DNA from: Camelus ferus | Taxonomy: Eukaryota | Assembly (NCBI RefSeq): GCF_009834535.1 | Contig: NC_045696.1 | Span: forward strand, 122,018,001 to 122,082,000 | Length of the DNA stretch: 64,000 bases | Direction: 5' to 3' | In this document: in pieces, positions 53,138-64,000 of the stretch | Position numbering within the stretch: position 1 is the first letter of the stretch | Layout: each line of letters starts with the position of its first letter | Made by a program: the position numbers and the translations under genes | Notes under the pieces: model-generated | The model's input: only the letters and a program-made list of their open reading frames with translations | The model's database searches: none | What the model was told of the DNA's origin: nothing

Positions 53138-54139
53138 ATAGCCTAGTTTTTGAACGCTCCTTCATCTTGACTTCCTAACGTCACTGTCTTACCTCTTCTA
53201 TTGCTCCCATCAGTGCCTGCAGATCGGTGTCTCTGCCTCTTACTTCGTGTGCACTTTCATTGCTGGCATTCCTCCAGACCGCGTGCTAAACGCACTTTTC
53301 TTCTATTCAAGTATTCTCCTTGGGTGATACTGCTGTATCCTAGGAAGTCACCTAAGATGCATATAATAATTGGGACAAAATTAAGAATATATGATTGTAA
53401 TGGTGGTTACAGTGTTTCTCTTCTGAGTATATTTTGTTGTCATGTATTTTGAAAATATTGTATTTATCTTATCTATTTGTTCATTAAATATGAAAGTAAT
53501 GTATTATTGGTGGAAGTATCTTTATATGTTGAAAGACATCTTGATCCAATTTTGTTCCTGATCACTTGCTAATTGAGAAATAAATGTTATTAGGTAATGT
53601 AGAGTTAAGATTATATCCAAATGGCCATTGATATTATAAAGGAAATGAGGTATGAAGTCAGAGTTAGCTTTGAAAAGTTGAACTAGTAATTTTAGTAATA
53701 ATGCCTAACTTTAAAAAATTCCAATTAAATGCATGAAGAAACAAGTACAAAATTAAATTAACTTCATCATTTTATAAACTTGTCTGAATTTTCCAAGTTC
53801 AAATATAAATCTCTCACAAGATTTACACTTAACAGTATCAAGCCAATGTCTCTGGTAAATTTTTATTGTATTTTTAAAAATATGGACTATAATAAAGAAA
53901 AATCCCTCACCAGATTCCTTCTGGAAAACAAGAAAACATCCAACAATAACAGCAAGCTTCAAATCCACTTAATTAAAATCTTCAGCTTTATGAAACCTAA
54001 GCAGATAGGCTAAACATTACTCAGGTTTATAAAGGGAACATTAAAGGAATATTGTGATATTTTCAGAGTAGATATTAAGCTTTTCATAAAACAGTATTGA
54101 AAGAGTAATTTCATAAATAGTTTTTTCCCCAAAGTTAGT

Positions 54140-54283
54140 TATTGGTATGGTAAACAGGACATTATTATGTGCCAGGGGCTCTTCTAGGTACTGGAGCTAG
54201 AATAATTAACAAAGCAGATCAAAATGGTCCCTTCCATGGGTTTTCATTCTGCTAGAAGAACATAACAAGTACATACACATTTT

Positions 54284-54325
<42 letters not shown>

Positions 54326-55110
54326 ATTATTATTACAATATATAGCAAGTTAATTGGTGACAGTGAAGGGAAAAAAGCAAAAAGGAGGATGGAGAGTGCT
54401 TGAGTGGGGACATAGGGTTTATTACTAAATAATGTGGTCAGGAAGTGTCTAGTTGCACAGTTCAGCAAGGTGGCAGTAAGACTGCAAAAGAGTAAGAGAG
54501 GGAATAGTGAGATGGGAGATGAGGTCAGAGATGGAAAGAGGCCAGACCATGCAGGTCCTCATCAGGCATTTTAAGGGCTCGTATTATGGTGATCTAGGCA
54601 GCCATTAAGTGGAAGGTTTTAGCAGAGTGACATGATCTGATTCACATTTAAACAGAATCACTCTTGCTGCTATTGGAGGAAAAGGCAAAGGTGGAGTGAT
54701 TAATTTGGAGACCATGTCCAGTAAACCAGCTAAAGATGCTAAAGATGATGAAATGACACCGAGATGGTAGTGATGGAAGTAGTGAGCAGCAGATTTCAAT
54801 TCTATTTTGTTGGTAGGGGCAACAGGATTTTCTGAGGGATTCAGTTCAGATGCAAGAGAAGAGAGAAGTCAAGGATAAATGCAAGTTCTTTTGCCTTGAC
54901 CAAGGAGAAGAATAGACAGAATAAGGGGAGGGGAGAGGGTGGTAAGGAATATAGGTGTTTGATTTGGGGCATGTTGAATTGAAATGCTGATGAGAATTCC
55001 AGGAAACATATCAAGTTGGACATGAGATATGAAAGTTTAGAGAAAATATGTCTGGAGATTAATATTTGGGCATTTTCTTCATGCACACTCTTTTTAGAGC
55101 TATGAAAATG
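54140..55110 (-). mobile_element. L2 fragment containing an (ATT)n microsatellite
   Basis: Reads tatgtgccaggggctcttctaggtactgg...ggttttagcagagtgacatgatctgattcac, with (att)n at ~54286-54335. Confidence 0.7.
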
Positions 55111-55462
55111 TGACTTAGAGAATGTTTGAGGTTGGAAAAATCCCAGAAATAATTAAATCATGTCCAAACTCTTTATATTAGAGATAAAATTAATAATATC
55201 CAGTTAGGATCAGAGACTATGAAACATCTAAAACTTTGGATCAGCCTACAAGCCCTTAGGGATGTATTTATTACATTTCCCAAAGGCAAGAAAATAGAAA
55301 TATTTCAGGAGTTGTTAATGAGATGATGACTTTATACTGATATTTTCTAATAAAAACTAGTACCAGAGGGAACTTTGTAATGACTTTTAAAATTTGAAAA
55401 TAGATTTACTCTCTGCTTCAAATAGATCTGGATTTGTCTCTTCAACATGTTTCATTTACTTT

Positions 55463-57878
<2,416 letters not shown>

Positions 57879-59419
57879 TGTTTCTTTCACTTTGAATCCT
57901 TGTTTTGGCCCAGGGGGAAAATAACGATTTGAAATGCCACTGTTTTGTTTTCACTCAACAATGAGACCTGAAATCTGAGTCACGCCTCCTCTTCAAATCA
58001 TTTCAGTCCTTTAGCCAGCGATATCACAGACCTCCGCCTCCCACTGTTTTACTCACACATCCTCTTGAAAATCAGGCTTTCAAGGTAAACCCAGCTGATC
58101 TCATCACAAACCTGCCCTTTTGAGCGAACAGAACGTCACTGAAAATAAAACAGGGCCAAATGGCTGGGGAGTAACGTGGAGGATTAAGTGGTAAGGGTGC
58201 TTGGGAGCCAAGCTTTGCTAAACATCGTGGACTTTGTTAAGGACATGAACCATTTATGCACAGATGGTGGGAAGCAGAATATGTTACAGATGGAAAGGCC
58301 AATATTTAAAAACAAAACACAATAAAACAAAAAAATTATGAGTGCTTTATAAAATTTGCGTATATTTTACATAAAGAAGCAAGCTGTCTTTAAAATGCAT
58401 CACTTTTGAGAGGCTACATGATGGAGCCCTGAATCTCTCCCTGTCTTCCTCCCTCCTCTAAACGTACTACAAAAACCATTGACACGTGCTACTCCTGACA
58501 GCATCTGAAATATGCCCTTAATGTGAAAATTGTATCAATATTTTAAGGCTTTATTTATACTGTTCCTCCTCTGTGAAGACCTACTGATCTTATTCCAATC
58601 AAAATGTCGTTGTTTTCTGTAATTTTATAATTCAATTATCTCTACCCTCTGCAGCATGTTTAATATTTATTATGCATTTGGCCTTGGGGGCTAAAAGGCT
58701 AATATTCTGCAAGGTTTATACTTTGCATTGTTGCTGGGTCAGTTTGTGTAATGAACAAGTGAAAAAATTAACGTTGTATCTGAACCTAACATCCCTAAAT
58801 TTTATGTTTAAGTTATGTTAAATTTATGTTTAAATATGCTTAAATAACTGAGATTTTCTCACTGATTTAAGGGAAAAATTCAAAGACAAATTCTTATATG
58901 AATGTATTTCATTAACTGGTTAGCTTTTAGAGTAATTTAAAAAAAAGATCAAATTTTTTAATGTTGCCTGTACTATACAATGTTACATTTATGCAACAGT
59001 CAATGAAAATATCAGTGTAACCTTATTTATTTATGAGAGTAAAGGTTTAATGAGACCAAAAGGTATTTTTGTAAGTCAAAGATTGTAATGCTTCATATTT
59101 TAGTTCTATTTTCAGGAAAGTTACTGCTTTCCTGGTTGAGTTTTGCTTTATATGATATGTATTATTTAAAAGGAGACATCCCTTATTGTAGGCTAAAAAT
59201 CAGGAAAACTTTAAGTAAACCATTATGTAAACATGTTTATGGTGACTGATAGAATGGCTGAAAAGTATAACGGGAAGGATGGATTAAATTCATGACAACT
59301 GGAAAATTGAATAAATGGTACATGAGATCACTATCTAGTATTTCTTACACTTGCATATGAATCTACAATTATCTATAAGTAAAAAGATTAATTAAAATAC
59401 TTCACACTGACTACAGCAT

Positions 59420-60390
59420 TTTATTTAAAAATGCATATGGGTAAGAATACAAGAAGAATCTAGCAGCAAAGAAAATTATTGACATAATTGGTCACATTGG
59501 CAAAGTCATGAAACAAAATCACAGGATCAACTAGTCAATGCAGGAAAAATATATTTAATAAAATTCCACAAACTCTGAGTATAAAATGCCAGAACATTAG
59601 GAATGAAAGGGAGATTTCTAAATCTGATAGTGGTTATTTACTAACAAGCAACAACACACATCATTTTTAAAGAACACATTATAAACATTTTCTTTAAAAA
59701 TCCATAGCAAGAGAAGGAAGATGCAATGACAGCATCTATTCAATGTTGTGCTGAGGGGCTCCACCATAACAGCGTGATGAGGGAAAAAGAAAAGAAAAGA
59801 ACAAATGAAGTTATGATTGTCTATTCAGTCCTTGCCAGCATTTTTCATCTCAGGAGATACACAGAAATTGCTCAAAGATTCAGATCAATATCTTGCCACA
59901 ATTGTAACCTATTTGTGACACAGCAGGGTTCCACTGCAAATAGGTGGGGAGCCCTGTACCATACAGTAAATCCACATAGAAAAGGACAGTCTTTTGGAAG
60001 AAAGCCTTCATCAAGTTTGCTGAATAAAATGTCAACATAAAAACAGATACATTTCAATGCATTTTTAACAATATGTAAAGAAATTTGCAGAACATCTGTA
60101 GTGATAATTATAAAATCGTCTTCAACAGCAAACCCAGGATTTACATAAATGTAGAAGTAGAGATGGATATAATAGTTAGTATCTTATAAAAATCATTTTT
60201 CCCCCACAATCTGCAAATGTAATCAATTTCTACTAAAAACTGATAAATTTGGTACTCAAGGGCAGAGACAAGAATAGCCAAGACAATGTTATATCAAATA
60301 AGAAGGGAGATAGAGTTTATCAGATATTGAGAGTTATATACATTATAAATCTATAGTAATTAAGAGAGTAAGGTATTTTGTGGTTAGATG
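59420..60390 (+). mobile_element. Ancient L1M ORF2 fragment
   Basis: Degenerate A-rich ORF2-like sequence (caatgcaggaaaaatatatttaataaaattcca, tattcaatgttgtgctg). Confidence 0.6.
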
Positions 60391-60399
60391 GTTAAAGAC

Positions 60400-61425
60400 A
60401 TATGGACCAATGGAACAGAAAGAGAGCCCAGAAATAAACCCACAGACTTACAGTCAATTAATTTTTGACAAAGGAGGTAAGAATATACAATGGAGTAAAG
60501 ACAGTCTCTTCAGCTAGTGGTGTTGGGAAAACAGGACAGCAGCGTGTATATCAATGAAGTTAGAACACTCCCTCACACCATACACAAAAATCAACTTAAA
60601 ATGGCTTAAAGACTTAAACATAAGGAAAGACACTATACACCTCCTAGAAGAAAACATAGGTAAACCATTCTCTGACATAAATCTTAGCAATGTTCTTCTA
60701 GGGCATTCTACCCAGGCAATAGAAATAAAAGCCAAGATAAACAAATGAGACCTAACTAAACTTATAAGCTTTTGCACAGCAAAGGAAACCATAAGCAAAA
60801 CAAAAAGACAACCTATGGAATGGGAGAAAATATTTGCAAACGATGCAACTGACAAAGGCTTAATTTCCAGAATATATATACAGTGTATATGACTCAATAA
60901 CAAAACATCAAGATACAGAAACAACTTAAATGTCCATTAACAGATGATTGGATAAAGAAGATGCATTGTATATATACATGGAGTACTACCCTGCCAGAAA
61001 AAATAATAAAATAATGCCATTTCCAGCAACATGAATGGACCTAGAGATTATTATATTAAATGAAGTAAGTCAGACAGACAAAGGCAACTATCATGATATT
61101 GCTTATATGTGAAATCTAAGAAAATAATACAAGTGAATTTATTTACAAACCAGAAATAGTGTCACAGACATAGAAAATAAACTTACAGTTACCAAAGGGG
61201 AAAGGCATGGGGAGGATAAATCTGGAGTTTGGGATTAAAATATACACACTACCATATATAAAATAGATAAACAGCAAGGTCATACTGTATAGCAGAGGGA
61301 ACTATATTCAGTATCGATAATGGAAAGTAATCTAAAAAATAATATATGTATGTGTAACTGAATCACTTTGCTGTACACCTGAAACTAACACAACATTGTA
61401 AATCAACTATATTTTAATAACGAAA
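60400..61425 (+). mobile_element. 5'-truncated L1 (ORF2 3' part plus 3'UTR) with an internal deletion
   Basis: Translates as MKLEHSLTPYTKINLKWLKDLNIR... and jumps at ~60910 to the KQLKCP region. The 3'UTR ends ctgaaactaacacaacattgtaaatcaactat. Confidence 0.9.
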
Positions 61426-62126
61426 GAAAGAGGTACAAACTATTCTGTATAAAATGAGCTATAAGTTAAAATTCTCTTGTTTGTCAAGAGATGTGCTCTG
61501 AGACCCAATGAAATGAACTTTGAACTTTGCAAAGACATCCAGGAATATAAGTTCCTGACTCCTGCTCAGTTACAGCCAGGAACAGCCTGGCAAGACCAAC
61601 ACAGACATCACAGAGGAAGCTGTTAAATTTTCTTTCTTGGAGAACTCACCATAATTTCCTCAGAAATGCCTCACTGAGATTTTTTTCTGTTATGTGACAC
61701 AATTCACCCTCAAATACTTCTCTTTTGTAATTGAAAACCTACCTTCTTTTCATTAGAAACCCAATAAGAATTGTTAATTATTTTATTTTATTTTTGCTTG
61801 CTTTTTGGCAATCAGATGGCAATCTTTCTCATAGGACTGACAGCTCCTGCTGACACAGGGACCCTAAATCTCTTGTTCCCCATGTATCCCTGTTACCAGA
61901 GCCTGGGACACACATGGCAGGAACTGAACTTAGTGAATATTAATTGAATGAATGGCTGGATGACCGGGAGTGTCTATATACATAGTGATACTTTGATTTT
62001 TCTTAATGATTATAATTAAAGTATAATTGAAGCAGGTATTCATCTTTTTATTTTCTTAAAATGAAAACATTGTGTTGTCTTCTTAAATGTATAATTTGCC
62101 CACTTCTTAGAATTCCCTGTTCATGG

Positions 62127-62642
62127 TGAAATAGGGGAGAACAAAGCTGAATCCATATTAAACCTGTGCCTTTAGCTCTAGCCCTGTGCTCTGTGTCCAG
62201 AGCTGACTCATCCTGGTTCTGCCCCTTTTGTAAAAGAATGTTGCCCAGAGCCTGAAATAGACAGGGCAGCCCATTGCCAAGGCTGCGCTATTTAAGAGTA
62301 TAACATTTTCCTGTTCATATAAAGATTAAAAAGTTGCAGAATAGAAAATAACATGTTGTTGGAAGTTTACAGGGACAGCATGACCTGACCCACATGGAAG
62401 GCTGCAGAACAAAGGATTCTGACACCAAGAAGTTTGCAACAACCAACCACACCCCCTCCCCTTTTTAGTAAAAAAGGAGCCTGAATTCTGCCTTGGGGAA
62501 GATGGTTCTCCAGGACATTTTTAGTCTGCATCTTCTCGGTCTGCCCACTTTCCAAATAGTTATTATTCCTTGCCCCAACACCTAGTCTCCCAACTTACTG
62601 GCCTGTTGTGTGGTGAGCAGAACAATTTTGGACTTTGTAACA
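62127..62642 (+). mobile_element. Solo ERV1-like LTR
   Basis: Runs tgaaatagggg...ggactttgtaaca, with a TATA-like element and typical R/U5 motifs (ttccttgccccaacacc). Confidence 0.75.
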
Positions 62643-63427
62643 ATTGGACCTGCTATCTCAGTTGTTCCTCAGAGTGTGTTATGAAACACCGGTGTCCTAC
62701 TCTGTATCTAAGTATGCATACCTTACTAATGACTGGTCAGGTTCCTCAGTCCCAACTCAGGCCTGTTTATTTAGATTACCAGGTTTGAATTCTGTGGGCT
62801 TTCAGAATTCTCAATTCTGAAAAAATTCTAGAGTTTAAGAAATTCACTTTTTTTTTTCAATTTGCCTATAATAAAGTTATTTATGACTTCATGCTGATAT
62901 GAATTACTGTTTGGAATTATTTCTAAAAATTCCTACAAGAATACTTATGTTCCTCTCTATTAAGAATATTACATATAAGTCTAAGTTTAATGATGAAATC
63001 TGAAGTTAATCCTCAAATCAGTTCCTAAAACTTTTTCCTCTTATTCATAGGATCAGAAGATATTTTTAGTAATTAATCTAAGGTACAGGGAATAAGTAAC
63101 AATACCAATAGTAATCATAGACTTTAAAAATACTCACCAAAGGATGGTTCTATGGTTAAAGTTCCTGTGTCTTGATCTGAGATTTAATGAATGTAACTTT
63201 ATTTGACAGCCAGTAATTGTATACATATCACTGAAAATTGCTATGCGAGCCCGTTTCTTTAGACACACATTCCCATTGTACAGCAGAGGCACTGTGTTCT
63301 TCAATACATTCTTCATATAGTCTTTGTATTAATTTCAGATCCTACTTTTGAAGTTTATCCTGAATAACTCTTTCTACAGCAAATGTTGGCTTTGTGCATT
63401 TGAAATGCAGTATCTACTTTTGATTTT

Positions 63428-63520
63428 ATTCTATCCTTTTAATGGAGGTACTGGGGATTGAACCCAGGACCTCACACATCCCAGACACGTGCTCTGTACT
63501 GAGTCATACCTCCACCACTC
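63428..63520 (-). mobile_element. tRNA-derived SINE, camelid Vic-1-like (short form)
   Basis: Reads ggaggtactggggattgaacccaggacc..., with TSD cttttgatttt at 63417-63427 and 63521-63531. Confidence 0.85.
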
Positions 63521-64000
63521 CTTTTGATTTTGATGGGTCTCAGAAGCAAGTTATTTAGTTTAAAGATGATTTAATTGATATATTTTATTCTTCCTCCTCC
63601 ACAAGAAGAGAGATTATATAAGAAGAACATACACAGCTGGGATTTATTTGCCACAACCACTCTCAAGAAGAGAACAGGACGCTGTTGGCTTGGTGGAATG
63701 GGCAGTTTGGGGAGGGGCTGGAGTTTAACCCCTGTCAGACGCAAAAATCTACCTGACTTTGAGCAACTTACTAAGTATTTCTTTTTTTTTTTTTTTCTTT
63801 TGGTCTATAAAAAGGAAAATACTCTCACTTAGTAGCATCATAGTAAGATTTGAAGGAGATAATTTAAGAAACATATAATATCTGACTGCTTCCAGTATTA
63901 ACACTTTACATGCAATAAAGAAAATCCTTCCATGCTATAAGGAACATACCCTCTACACTTCTCTGCCTACAGGGGAAAATATTCAGGTAGGCAGTCGATC

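Noticed and set aside
63138..63359. Possible extra minus-strand exon ending CCTTTG|GTGAGT, with scattered Cys codons
   Set aside because: The acceptor is weak, all frames have stops, and there is no convincing match to an EYS segment I can recall.

Overview
Mammalian nuclear DNA, most likely a camelid: it carries four copies of a tRNA-derived SINE that matches the camelid Vic-1 type. No intact protein-coding gene is present. Right of a 100-N scaffold gap (10648-10747) the window is AT-rich intronic DNA of a minus-strand EYS (eyes shut homolog) locus. Two EGF-like exons, homologous to human exons 6 and 7, have intact splice sites but carry frameshifts and a premature stop, so EYS looks like a unitary pseudogene here. 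The intron upstream of exon 6 holds a TSD-flanked, full-length UBE2D2 retrocopy. Its CDS is dead, but its 5'UTR GGC tract has expanded into a ~700-bp CpG-dense (GGCGGCTCA)n minisatellite, next to strongly AT->GC biased substitutions. The rest is repeats: L1, L2, MIR, MaLR/ERV LTRs and DNA-transposon fossils. These include an RT-deleted L1 nested in an LTR and a ~330-bp 'mini-L1' that joins the L1 5' promoter to the L1 3' end at what looks like a splice junction. Comparisons with human EYS, UBE2D2 and repeat consensus sequences are from recalled sequence, not from a search. Repeat boundaries are approximate.
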